From Octopus vulgaris (taxonomy: Eukaryota), in contig OX597816.1 in the NCBI GenBank assembly GCA_951406725.2, positions 167,338,001-167,402,000 on the forward strand: 64,000 nt of DNA, written 5' to 3'. Shown in pieces: positions 37,597 to 51,192 of this stretch. Below the pieces are notes generated by a model. That model was not told where the DNA came from. It made no database searches and saw only the letters and a list, made by a program, of their open reading frames with translations. A program made the position numbers and the translations under genes. Position 1 is the stretch's first letter. Every line of letters begins with the position of its first letter.

Positions 37597-38777
37597 CATG
37601 CACACAGTTGTGGTAGGGTTATTCTAATGTATAAGAATTCTAAGTACTCAATGTTTCAATTTTATGGTTAAGAACTATAAGACAGGCATGGCTGTGTAGT
37701 TAACTAGTTTGCTTTCAAAACACATGGTTTCAGGTTCAGTCCCACTATATGGCACCTTGGACAAGTGTCTTCTACTATAGCTCCAGGTCGACCAAAGCCT
37801 TGAGTGGATTTGCTAAACAGAAACTGTAAGAAGCTCATGTGTGCATGCATCATACAAGCAGCATCATTCATTTTTAGTTTTCTGTGAAAATAAATTTAGC
37901 CACGGAAAAATATTACCTTACAAGGGAAAATAGATGTTAAAATGATAATGAAGACAATGTTTCCTGTTTTGACTTAAGACAGTAGTGTGTAATTTGAAGG
38001 TGATTTCACTGCTATTTCCGGCATTTTGATTGACCACAGAATCTCCCTTATTGCCTTGTCTGTATGTATGTATGTATGTATGTATTTAATATATAGTTTT
38101 TATTATTGATAAAACAAAAATCCAAATGCAGTAGAAAATAAATATTTTCCAATCTGATGATAAAATTCTGAGAATTACATCAACCAAAGTAGATTTTGGT
38201 CATGTTCTTAGTATCTCGCACCACCACATTTATCAACAATACCAGAAAGGCCAGGAGTGGGGAAGTTCTGGTGATACTTGGTTCAATTAGCAGCCTGTGT
38301 AGCTTAGCCAAACAGTTCTCACGCCTCCTTCAAAAGAATATTTTGACAGGAAGCTGGCTTCCAAAAATAAACACAAAAAAATGAACAAAAATAAGAAAAA
38401 AGAAAATGGGGGAAACGGAGGAGGAACTAAAGAGGAAATTTTTATTGAAAATATCTGGAAATTTATAAAATTCACAAAATATTCCAAATAAATATTTGGT
38501 GGCTCCTTTACCATGAACATCAACAAATAAACAGCATTTTTTAAATGTTCTTTAATTGATAGGAATAAGTCAAAGCTTTAAAACGATGATGAGATGCCAA
38601 GAATTTCCAGACAGAAATACTTGGTATTTAAAGAAAGAAAAAAAAAAAGAAATGAAAAAATGTTAAATATTTCATACATATTTCGCAGCAACCATTCAAC
38701 AGATTTATAGAAATAGGAAGTTTAACTTAATGATGAGCATTTCACGCACACACAAATATTTAACCAATACATTAATG

Positions 38778-38996
38778 CAGTGGTTTTCAACCAGGGTTCC
38801 GCAGAACCTTAGGGTTCAGCCAGTACAGTCCAGGGGTTCCGCAAGAAGTTACAAAACTGCTAAAATCGGCAGTAATTTTTAATTCTCCTGTGCAGATATG
38901 TGTGCATAAGACTGTTAAATTATTGCACAGGGGTTCCCCGAGCCAGTGGAACGTTTCCTTGGGGTTACGCTCCAGCAAAAATTTTGAAAAGCACTG
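38778..38996. mobile_element. hAT (Charlie-like) MITE
   Basis: 8-bp TSD CATTAATG (38770, 38997); TIR CAGTGGTTTTCAA...TTGAAAAGCACTG. Confidence 0.92.
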
Positions 38997-39014
38997 CATT
39001 AATGAGATAGAATT

Positions 39015-39483
39015 CTGGTGCCATGTAAAAAAGCGCCAGTGCCATGTAAAAGGCATCAGTGCTGGTGCCATGTAAAAAGCAGTCAGTACACCCTGTAAAG
39101 TGTTCGGTGTTAGGAAAGACATTCAGGTGTAGAAATCATACCAAAATAGCCAATGGAGTCATGTGTGTGTCCCTGTCTTGACATTACATGATAGTCCGTT
39201 CGTGGCTGTTGCCAGCTTCGCCTGGCCCCCGTGCCGGTGACACGTAAAAAAAGCACCATCCGATCATGGCCGTTTGTCAGCCTCGTCTGGCACCTGTGCC
39301 GGTAGCACGTAAAAAGCACCCACTACACTCACGGAGTGGTTGGCGTTAGGAAGGGCATCCAGCCGTAGAAACATTGCCAGATCAGACTGGGCCTGGTGCA
39401 GCCTTCTGGCTTCCTAGACCCCAGTTGAACCGTCCAACCCATGCTAGCATGGAAAGCGGATGCTAAACGATGATGATGATGAT
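39015..39483 (+). mobile_element. Family D retroposon pieces (older fragment plus a young copy ~39197-39483)
   Basis: Internal repeats gccatgtaaaaag / cacgtaaaaagcacc, then ggttggcgttaggaagggcatcc and a (GAT)n tail. Confidence 0.85.
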
Positions 39484-42400
39484 GAAGTTTCTCATCATAC
39501 AAGCAGTGTTCTTTATTTCTGGTCTTCTGTGAAAAACATGCCTGGCCATGGGGAAGAATTACCTTGCTTGGAAGCAGGTGAGGGTTGGTGTCAGGAAAGG
39601 CATCTGGTTGTAAAAATGTTGCCTCAACAAATTCCATCTGACCCATGCAGACATGAAAAAGTGGACGTTAAATGAAGGTTATGATGATGATTAGATATAA
39701 ACTGTGCGTGTGTTCCACTACCACTTGACAACTGGTGTTGGCGCATTGACCTCCCCCATAACTTAGCAGTTTGGCAAAAATGACTGACAGAATAAGTACC
39801 AGGCTTCAAAAGTATTGGGGCCAATGTGTGCAACTAAAATTTTTCAAGGCAGTGCTCCAGCATGGCTGTGGTTTGAATAACTAAAACAAGTAAAAAGATA
39901 AAAGATCTAGCATGTATATATACACATACATACACACAAAAAATTCTTTGAATAGATAGGGTTGTAGTCTCGAAGTGCAAGGTGACACTTTGTGGGAGTT
40001 GAGTGGCGATGTAACTAACCCCTTTATATTGCTGAGACGTGGAAGTGAACCCAGGACAGAGAAAACTAAATCAGGCACTGTTGTCTGTTTAAACACTGCT
40101 GAGTGACAAACGAATGCTTCACTATCCATAGAGGAATTACAATCATTAATATAACCTTCAAGCTTACAAAAAATTAGGCCACTGTCTTGTCAAAGAGTAG
40201 TAGTGGTAGTAGTAATAGTATTTCTTTTTCTTCGATGAAGATTTCAACTTGGTTTGAAGTAGTTATTAGCGTGAAACAAATACTTAAGTGTGAATTTTGT
40301 GTAGTTAAGTAGCCGACTGTCTTCAGTGATAACAGCTTAGAGAGAGAGAGATATATATATAGTGAGTGAGGCAGGATAATAGAGAGAGAGAGAGGGGGAG
40401 GGAGGAGAGGAGATAGAGATAATATACAGTCGTTATATTGATAAAGCTTACTAAATTATGTAGCAGGCTTATTTTCTAACAGTTGACTTCAGTTGGAAAT
40501 AGAAATGAGACAGTCAAAGGCCTTGCTACTTGTTAGATAATGATTCATCCGACTAAACACAAGATTCTATTTATTAAGAAGAATCCAGTCCAGTCCGGTC
40601 CGGTCCGGTCTGGTGTTAATCAATTGAATAATTAACTGATACTCTATATCATTGTCCCCCAGGGACATTGGAAAACAAAATTAATTTGGTGGAATTTGAA
40701 GCAAAAAATATGCAAGAGATCAGATGCCATAAAGAATTAGACTTAACATTTTATTTTTATATATATATATATTTTATTTACTATTATTATTATCATCATC
40801 ATCATTATTATTTTTGTTAATAAGCTCGCATTGATATTTTTGATGAAACGAGGCGACATGAAAAAAATGTAGTTTTCACACTTCAAGAAGCTCGAAAGAT
40901 CTTTTGTAAGAAGCTTATTTAATATCCACTTTTCCATGGTTAGGTGGAGTTTATTGAAGCGGATTTTTCTAGAGCTGGATGCCCTTCCTGCTGCCAACCC
41001 TTACCTATTACCAAGTAAGGTAATATTTCCTCATGACCAGACTCACTTTCCATGGAAGATTGAAAATGAATGACACTGCTTGTATGGTCATTTATCTTTA
41101 CATCTTTCACACAATACCAAGGAGAGACATACATATACAATGGGTTCCATTCAGTTTCATTCTATCAAACCTACCCCTAAAGCTTTTGTTGGCCTGTAGC
41201 TATTAGATTTTATTCAAGGCACCACAGTGGGATTGAACCCAAAAACCATGTGACTGAAAAGCAAACTTCTTAATTACACACACATATATATGTACATGTG
41301 TGTATTATATATCATTTAGCATTCATTGTCCATGCTGCCATGGGTTTGCCGGTATGACCAGAGCTGACAAGCTGGAAGGCTGCACCAGACACCAGTCTGA
41401 TTTGACATGGTTTCTACAGCTGGATGCCCTTCCTAATACCAACCACTCCAAGAGTGTAATGGGTGCATGCACATGCTACCAGCACGGGTGCCATTTGCGT
41501 GACACTGGTATCTGCCACGACTGTGATTTCACCTGGCTTAATGGGTCTTGTTAAGCACAACATAATGCCAAAGGTATCGGTCATTTGTCATTGCCTCCAT
41601 GAGGCCCGACACTCAAAAGGAGCTCAGTTACTTTGCCTATGACAGGCACGGGTGGCTGCACAGTAAGAGGCTTACTTCCCAACCACATAGTTCCAGGTTG
41701 TCCTACAGTGTAGCACCTACACGGGATGACCAAAGTCTTATGAGTGGATTTAGGAGATGGAAACTGGAAGCTCAACGTGTGAGTGTGTGTGTGTCCTAAC
41801 ACCTCTTGACAACCAGTGTTGGTCTGTTTACTTTCCTGTAACTTAGCTATTCAACAAAGGAGACCAACAGAATAAGTACCAAGCTTAGGTACTCCAGCAT
41901 GGCCACAGACAAATGATATATGGTGTGTATGTGTATATATAAATTGTGTGTATAGGCCTTTTTTTCGTTTACCATTTTACCTTTATCAATGAAAACCAAG
42001 GACATGGTGTTAGACTAAATGGTCATTGGGTTTGACTTTTTACTTTTACTAGTCCCAACCCAAAGCTGTGGCCATGCTGGGGCATCATTATTGAGGTTTT
42101 TTGTTGAGTGGCTTTTGCATTTTGAATCTGTTCAATAAAGTTACTTGGAATAGGTAGCAGACCACATGCTTTTATTTACTAACAAGGAAAGTTGTTTTTC
42201 TTCTATAACACACAATGAAATCTGAGTGAAGCACTCACTGGCTCACAAGCGGCCCACTGAAACCAAAAATTATAATTACCTATTTGTCCATCGCATTTAA
42301 GTGGCTATCAATGGTTGGTTGAAAAAATTAGATTTCATAAGATCTCTCATTCACTCTATCTCTCTCTCTCTCTCCTCTATCTTTCCGTCATTATTTTGTT

Positions 42401-42865
42401 GTTAATCTGTTACCACCTATTAAAGGATTTAGTTTAACCACTGAAGGAATTAACCAAATTCCTAGAAAAGGTGATTAAATCGCCTTCACACTCATCCCCC
42501 AACACATTGACTCATTTTTCTTTTGGAGCAGAAATTACCACTGATTACTATTTATGCAATTTGGGGATATTCTTGTGTTAATAATTATTTATAGTTTGCC
42601 ACCATTTACAGCTGTCAGAGATTTCAACATAGTTTATTTTGAAAGTCAAAGGTTGCGGCTGCAAGCTGTTTATTTTTGTCACTGCCTCCTGTTTTTATTC
42701 ATTCTCAACTAGAACATTTACCATTTGATTTTTAAAAATAAGAGTGGGAGATGAAACAATGTGTTGATGTTCATGCCTTTTCTGACTACATTACAAGCAT
42801 AAAGGATTTGGTTGATGCAAACTGAAAGCCTGACATACATGCGTGCATGCATGTCTCCTTGTCTT

Positions 42866-43328
42866 AGTTAGTTAATTTTTTGGCTCAAAAAGCAAGGCCA
42901 TGTAGGGGGACATGGAGTTATGTACAGGGTGGTGTTCATGTCAAGAGTTCAGGCCACTTGTGGTCAAGGGAGACTGAACCGAGCGGTCGTCGGCATCTTC
43001 ACTATCTCGTCCGGCAGCTTATTCCACGGATCCACAACCCGGACGGAGAAAGCCCCTCTCCTTCGATTGAGATGAAATTGTTGCAGATAGAGCTTTTCGG
43101 AGTGACCCCGCAGCCGACGCTCTGGAGCAGGAGTGAAGAACAGCTCTTTCGAGAGGTTACACTTTCCGCTTATGATGTTGTGAGCAAGAATGAGATCACC
43201 ACGGCGTCTGCGTTTTTCTAGAGAATAAAGGTCGAGTGTCTTCAGCCTTTCTTCATAAGACAAATGCTTGAGACCAAGAACCATGCGAATAGCCAGCTTC
43301 TGGATTCTTTCAAGATGCTGTATGTCTT
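42866..43328 (-). mobile_element. Second CR1-type LINE 3' fragment, same family as 37110-37596
   Basis: DIQHLERIQKLAIRMV...WNKLPDEIVKMPTT, frame disrupted near the end; (AACT)n tail; tgtctt at both junctions; interrupts a family E SINE. Confidence 0.92.
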
Positions 43329-45561
43329 GGTACCATGTGAGAGTTGTAAACAAGTGTTACCCTCATACAACGTGTGTTTACAATCTTCTGTGAAAAATAT
43401 GCCTGGCCATGCAGTAATATTGGTTTCAAATTTTTTTTGCACATGGCCAGCAATTTCGGAGGAGGGGGTAAGTGAATTACACTGACCCCAGTGATTAACT
43501 GCTTTTATTTGTTTCAGTCATTTGACTGCGGCCATGCTGGAGCATCACCTTTAGGCGAACAAATCAACCCCAGGACTTAAGTTACGGAGACAAATACAGC
43601 AACACCACTTGCCAAGCAGTGGTGGGGGACAAACACAAAGACTCAAACACACAAGATTCATTCAGTTTCCGTCTACCAAATCTACTCAAGGCTTAGTAGA
43701 AGACACTTGCCCAAGGTACCATGCAGTGGGACTGAACTCGGAACCATGTGGTTGGTAAGCAAACTTCTTCCCAAACAGCCACTTCTGCCACTCCTAAAAA
43801 TAAAAATCTATTGCTGTCCATAATTTCTCTTAAACCAACATGATGGACCCTCACCATCACCATTCCTTTAGAAGCTTTCTGGGTTTGTGGTAAACGAATA
43901 AAAATTACTTCAGACTACATAATAGGCCCAGTTTTTCCCCTTTTTAATTAAAGCAGAAATGATAGATATTGATCATTAGCTTCAATAAGCAGTTACCAAG
44001 AATCAATATCAGCTTTTGAATAACCTTAAAGAACATATTGCTAATATATTTTTAGATGTTTTGAGGAAAAACCTTTAATGCTTTGTTTACCAGATTCCTG
44101 GTGATTTGCTTCCTCTTCCATGTAGATATTTAGACAAGTTGGGAAATGCTTACAGCTAAGAATGGTAGAATGATTTAAAGGAACTTCAGTCCTGCTGTGT
44201 AGTACTTTGGACAAGGGATTTTTACTATAGCTCTAAGCCAACCAAAGATTTACTATCAGATTTTGTAGGCAGAAACTGAAAGAGGCCCATCATGGATGTA
44301 TGGTAAAAAGTTTGCTTTCCAAACACATGGCACCTTGGGCAAGTGTTTACTATAATCGCAGGCTGACCAAAGGTTTGTGAGGGGATTTGGGTAGATGGAA
44401 ACTGAAAGAAGCCTGTTGTGTTACTGTCTTCTTGCCTTGAAATTGCTTGATAGTTGTAAACAATGATCACTGTAATGCAAGCAGTGTCCATTTCCACTAT
44501 TTTGAAAACTGTCTGGTCATATTACTTTACCTGAGGGTTGATGACAGGAAGGGCATCAGCTGTAGAAAATCTGCCTCAAATTCTGTCCGACCCATGCAAG
44601 CATGGAAAAGTAGACATTAAAACAACAATGTAGATGACATGCACACAAACATTCATGGAAGAATGTTGTGTTACTTACAATGAGAGAAGAAAGTATTACA
44701 GTAAAATGGACATATTTTCACAGAAGATCACAGACAAATTAAGCTGTTTGTATGAATGATGATTATGTTTACAATCAATGCACAAATGTCAAGACACACA
44801 CACACACAATATACATAAGTATCCAACAGGCTTCTTACAGTTTCCTTCTACCAAATTCATTTACAAGGAATTGGTCAGCCCAGGATCATACAAGACACTT
44901 AAGAGTGCTATGTCGAGGGACTGAACCCATAGCCAAAGAGTTGCATTGCAAACTTCTTAACCACATAGCCATGTCTGAAATGCCTTTGATAATATGCCTA
45001 ATTAGGACTAGCTGGGGGCTAAATTATAACAAAGCCATTTTACACCTACACACATTGTAGCAATATGATGATGTTGATTCAAGTTTTTCAGATACTGAGC
45101 TTGCACAAGCCAAAAATAAGTTATGAGCGATGATGGGGGAAAGGCCTTCATGAAATAGGAAGAGTTGAGCAAGAAGCACTGGATGCTCCATATGAAATGA
45201 GTAATATGCTGAGTATGATATTGAGAAAGTAACCTAAGTTTTGTGGAGGTACTGGCTCATGAGTAATGAGTCAATGTTGGTATTGATATAGAATGAATGA
45301 ATGAAATATCATCAGATGTTGCTGTTGTTTTTGTGGTAGTTATTAAATGGGGGTTAAAAGAGGCACAGCTAAAATCTAAATTCTGTAGAGAAACTGTCAA
45401 GGTTTTCAGATCCTTTTTCAAGTTCTTGATTTAATTAAATACACAATTAGATACTGTCATTGACGACATAATGCCTTTTTTTGTTTATAAAATTAGTCGT
45501 CCCTGTTTAATAGAAAGTATTAACATAATAATAATAATAATAATAATAATGAAAATGATAT

Positions 45562-45745
45562 AATCAGAAAACTGCTTTATTGGGAACAGCAAAGAATTTG
45601 AGATCAGCACTTGGATGTTAAGTATCGTGGAAAGGGACCCTATGAGGCCTTTGGCAACAGGCTGTTGTCCACTCTTACAGAATTAGCCGAAGCAAATGAA
45701 ATTGAGCCCTTTGAGAAGTGAAATGAAAATAACAATAATAATGAT
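45562..45745 (+). mobile_element. R4/Dong-type non-LTR retrotransposon extreme 3' fragment
   Basis: 45565-45621 translates QKTALLGTAKNLRSALGC*, matching the R4/Dong C-terminal QK.(A/V)LLGTA..LR motif; preceded by (TAA)n and followed by a TAA-rich tail. Confidence 0.65.
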
Positions 45746-46659
45746 GTTAAATCATTGATGTTGAATATATTAAATTAAAAGAAATTCTTGCAAAGAAAAT
45801 AACAGCAGCATTGAATTGAAAAATTGCCATTAAGTCAGAAACTCGGGGATCAAGAGCTCTAATTATTCAGAAATTTAATGAATGAACAAAAAGGAAAAAA
45901 AAATTCTATATTATTCATGAACAGAAAATATTTTCAATTGCTGTTTGTTCCAAATGCTTTACGTCTCACATTTATTCCATGTCTGTTGGTGGATTAGAGT
46001 GAAATTATTCTAAACCGCAAAAGTAACGTTAATAATGTCAATTAGACATGAAATGGAGAGGTTGGGGAGGGGCAGGTAATGTAGAATCATAACATTTCCT
46101 CATTTAAGAATTTCAAAAGAAAAAACCAAAAACAATCACTAAATCGAAGTTAAAACTAGGTTGTAAGCTTCGTTTGCACGCATCACAATGATGAGAGCAA
46201 ACTCGCATTTAACGGAATGGAAGGTTACGTAATAAGACAGAAACAAAGAGAAATGCTAATGTCTGAAAATTGATCCCAAGGTAGAAGACATTCTTTGATA
46301 ATAGAGTGAATCAGCTAGAAAACTTGTAGACAGCTTCCATGACAACAAAATGTTCTTTCTCAAAGGCAGACAGGCTTACATAACGGTAATTTGTTCAGCT
46401 TTTGTCCCAGCTGTCAGTAACTAAATGGGTTGAAAAATACGTTCACTAAAACAGTAACAACAACAACAACAATAAAAAAAATCTACCCTTCCTTGGAATA
46501 GCTCATATTCTTAGAAAGGTACTTTGTGACTAAGGCCTTTTGTCAAGGCTTGACAGTTAACATGAAATAAAATATTTAAAAAAATAAAAAACAGTATTTT
46601 ATCTTCAAACTACACAACAGAATATGTCTACAAATTTTAACCCAAGGCCACTGGGTTGT

Positions 46660-46968
46660 TACTGGTTATGACAAGAGTTCCACTTGATCTGATCAACAGC
46701 ACGCCTTGCTCATGAAATTAACAAGTGGTTGAGTATTCCACAGACACATGTACCCTTAATGTAATTCTCAGGGAGATTCAGTGTGACAGAGAGTGTGACA
46801 AAACTGGCCCCTTTGAAATAGAGGTACTACTCATTATTGTCAGCTGAGTAGACTGGAGCAATGTGAAATAAGGTGTCTTGCTCAAGAACACAATGCATCA
46901 CCAGGAATTGAACTCATGACCTTACAATTGTGAGCTGAATACCATAACCACAAAGCCATGTGCCTTCA
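46660..46968 (-). mobile_element. SINE family C
   Basis: Homologous to 14718-15032. Confidence 0.85.
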
Positions 46969-49038
46969 CCCTCAATAACAACAACAACACTACAAACAAC
47001 ACCCTGCAACAAGAGATAGTCCTTTCAGTGCTGAATTTAATTTTCTGAACTGAATTAAAGTAGAGTTTGACTCAAAATCCTAGAATAAGAAAAGTAAACA
47101 GAATGACAAATGACATAAATAGGCAACAGGTGTTCTTTAATAACGAAATAGCTTCTTTGTAGTCAACTAAACTAAACTGGTAAAGAACATGGTAGATTCT
47201 CAATACCTCTCCAGTTCCAAATATTGGTTTTGTTGTCTACACCTGAACAAAATACAGAATACGTTTAAGAGAGAGAGAGAGAGGGGACAAGAAAATGTCT
47301 TTTGAGTGAATCTGGCAAATGGAAACTATACAAAGCCTGATTTGTGTGTGCTTTTGTGAGAATGTTTAGATTCTGCATGGAAGTCAGTGACCTTCAAAAA
47401 AATCATCTGTGTACTTTCTTACACATAGCTGTGTACTTTCAAAGCCGAGTTGAATGAATGAAAACTTTACCTGGAAAGCAAATAAGGGTTAGCACCAAGA
47501 AGGGCATACAACAATAAACAAATATACTATTTATTCCATGCCAGCATATAAAATGGTTAAATGATGCTGATAGATTATATATAATTGATTATATATATCT
47601 CATTTGTTTATTCAGTGCAACAATATGACAGCTTTGAGAGTTAATGTCTGAAATCCCTTAATCACTTGCTTAAAGTCAATATCCCAATCCTATCATATTT
47701 GCTGGTTCCAAAAGAACCATTAAAATAATTTTTTTTTATTGTATTTCAGTGACAGAACTAAGGTTTGAACTCTCAACACACAGAGCCAAATATATTGCGT
47801 CCAGTACATTACCAGCTTACTGCCCTGAACTGGTATCTTATTCATTGATTCAGAATGCATGAAGGGTAGAGTCGACCTAGGATTTGAACTTGGGTGAAAA
47901 AAGTCAAAACAAATGCTAGAGAGCATTTTATCAATTCTGCCAATCCAACACCACTATATATCTCATCTTTTGTTTCGGTCATTAGACTGTGGCCATGCTG
48001 GAACATCACCTCGAATTTTTAGTCGAATGACTCGACCTCAGAACTTTTTAAGCCTGGTACTTATTCTATTGGTCATTTTTGATTGAAATGCTAAGAGGAC
48101 ATAAACGCATCAACATTGGTTTTCAAGCGGTAGTGGGGGACAAACACACACACGACTAGCTTCTTTCAGTGATGCTGTTCATTTCCATACTTTTATGGAA
48201 AACATGTCTAAGTACGGGAAAGGAAATATTTGGAATGAGGTGATTGGAAATGGGAAGAAAATTTGCTTCAAGGACTACCATGTAGCACATGCAAACGAAG
48301 CAGTAGACGAAGGTGATAGATAAAAGGTTACAACATCATTTAAGATCAAAATTCTTGCAAATTAATTTCAAAATTGAAAAACCAAAAAGTAACAAAAAGT
48401 ATCAGAGCCAGAACTGAACTATAAACATCACATGAATGAATGATTCTAGATCAACATTCTAAGACTGATTTTGATCAGAAAAGTTTTAAGAGTTTTATAA
48501 ATAAATCTAATTTCAGCACACAGAATACATTAACATTTACAAGAAACAAACATAAAACTTAAACATAACAAATAAAGAACAGAATTTATTCACACTTAAA
48601 GTCCATCTCTGCTATGAAGCTAATTTGTAACAGATGAAATTATGAATGTTACAAGATATTTATTTTAAATTTGAAATAATTCATTAAACTTCATTTTTTT
48701 GTGTTAAAATTTTTGTAACAAATTTTCCATTCAAAATAATTCCATGAGTCATAAAAGTTCTTTTTTTTTTTGGTTTTTTTAAATTTCTTCAATACTTGAT
48801 GATTTTTATACTCTCGTTAAAATGAAAGTTTCCTATTACAGTGCAATGCCATTACAGAAAACCAAAGTGCTCTGCTTTGCTTATTTTCTCTTCCTTTTCT
48901 TTCTTAAGTCAACTGCTTCTACAAATTACCGACAACTGCCTCATAGTAAACAACTGCATGACTGAGTAAACAGCAGCAAGAATTAAAATCAGATGAAAAG
49001 TGCAACTTAGATATTCATTCTGTTATAACCTCTTTGTG

Positions 49039-49310
49039 AAGGCAAGTGGCTAAGTGGTTAAGTCATTTGGCTCACAGATGTAAGACCGTGAGTTCGATTC
49101 CTGGCAGTGCATTGTGTCTGAGCAAGAGACCTTATTTCACATTATCCCAGTCCACTCAGCTGGCAAAAATGAGTTGTACCCATAATTCAAAGGGCTGGCC
49201 TTGTCACATTCTGTGTCATGCTGAATCTCCTGAGAATTACATTAAGGGCATGTATGTCTGTGGAGCACTAGGCCACTTGCACAGTAATTTTATGAATGGG
49301 CTGCTCTGAA
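49039..49310 (+). mobile_element. SINE family C
   Basis: TGGCTAAGTGG A-box, GAGTTCGATTCC B-box, family core. Confidence 0.85.
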
Positions 49311-49789
49311 GATTTTTGGTTATGATATGAGCTCCAGTTTATTCAGAGTGCCAGACCTCTTTGTTACTAATTTACTTGAACAAAACTGAGGTTAGAACAT
49401 GGGTTAGATGGAGTTAGTCGATGCAGATTTTCTACAGCTGCATGTCCTCCTTGTTGCCAACCCTCACCAGTTTCCAAATAAAGTAAAATTTCCCTCTGGC
49501 AGGACATGTTTTCATAAAAAATTGGAAATGGATGATATAGCATCTATGGCAGTGATGCTCATTTACAAGAAAATACACACACACGTGTGCATGTGTGTGT
49601 ATATACACATACATACATGATGAGCTTTTAAAGCTTATGGCTATCAAATCCAGTCATAGGGCTTTAGCTGGCTCAGCTGAATAATGGAAGACACTTGCCC
49701 AAGGTACTCACACAGTGGGACTGAACTCAAAACTTCACCAGCAGCAGCAACAATTATTTACCTATGTTCATCACACACCCACAGCATTT

Positions 49790-50152
49790 TTTATTCTTTT
49801 GTTTGTTATTTGACTGCAGCCATGCTGGAGCACCGCCTTTAGTCGAACAAGTTGAGCTGAGGACATTCTTTGCAAGCCTAGTAATTATTCTGTCGGTCTA
49901 TTTTGCCAAACTGCTAAGTTACGGGGACGTAAACACACCAGCATCAGTTGCCAAGCGATGTTGGGGGACAAACACATACACACACATACAAATATATACG
50001 ATGGGCTTCTTTCAGTTTCCATCCACCAAATGCACTCAAGGCTTTGGTCAGCCTGAGGCTATAGTAAGACACTTGCCCAAGGTGCCATGCAGTGGGACTG
50101 AACCTAGAGCCATGTGGTTGGGAAGCAAACTTCTTACCACACAGCCACGCCT
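49790..50152 (-). mobile_element. SINE family B, full length
   Basis: Homologous to 5940-6315. Confidence 0.9.
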
Positions 50153-50971
50153 GTGCCAAGTTTGCTAATGTCTCGTGATTATTCTTTATAAAAAGTCGAT
50201 CTACATGCTAAGTTAAATCAATAAACAGGAGACGAACACACAATCTGTTACAAAACTGGCACAGTTTCCAGTTGAGTGTCTGCTTCAGCTAAATTCCCAT
50301 CTCTGCCAAAAAGATTGAAATTCAGACATGATTAAACAGAAAGACACATTCAAGCAGATCATGTCTCTGTGAGGCTGACCAGATATCTACATGCATTATC
50401 TTCAATCATTTACTTGTTCCAGCCAGTAGACAGTGGCCATGCTGGAGCACTGCCTTGAAGAATTCTAGGTAAACTAACTGACCCCAAAACTTTTTTTTTT
50501 TTTGCTTTAAAGCTTAGCACTCATCCTATCCACCCCTTTTGCTGAAACTGCTAATGTTGCAGGGATGTAAACAGACCACCGCCGGTTAAGTGGTAGTGGA
50601 AGCAAAGACAGACAGACACACACACTTTCAGTTTCTATCAACCAAATCCACTCGCAAGACCTTGGTTAGCCCGAGGCTATAATAAAAGACATTTGCCCAA
50701 GGTGCCATACAGCAAGACTGAACCTGGAACCATGTGGTTGGGAAGCAAACTTCATACTACACAGACATACCAATTCTTCAGCAAAATTACAACTAAACAT
50801 TTTTGGTATATTCATTCAATGATTAGTTATTTTGTTGAATCTACAGTCAAGGAAGTATGGATACTTTACAACTTAAACCATTAACAGAAAAACATGAATA
50901 TATGATCTAAAGAAATGCATCAGGTTGGAAAACACCTGCTGTGAGCAGGTGTCACGAGTAGAGACATTTAA

Positions 50972-51192
50972 CCCTTTAGCATTTAAACCGGCCATATCCG
51001 GCCAAAAGTATTCTGCCTGTTTTATGTTCAAACTGGCCAGATCTGGTCTCTCACACCAGCCCTACAATATCGTTTTAAAAATTAACAGCTACCTCATCAA
51101 AATCTCATAGCTACAAGATAATGCATGGTTAGTTCAAAACAATGTGGATAAAAAAGCATTAATTTTGGCAGAATAATGAAAACACTAAAGGG
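50972..51192 (+). mobile_element. piggyBac-type MITE, 221 bp
   Basis: TTAA TSD (50968, 51193); TIR CCCTTTAG...CTAAAGGG. Confidence 0.92.

Noticed and set aside
46185-46270. C/D snoRNA-like ATGATGA...CTGA spacing
   Set aside because: No terminal stem, no clear C'/D' boxes and no convincing metazoan rRNA guide
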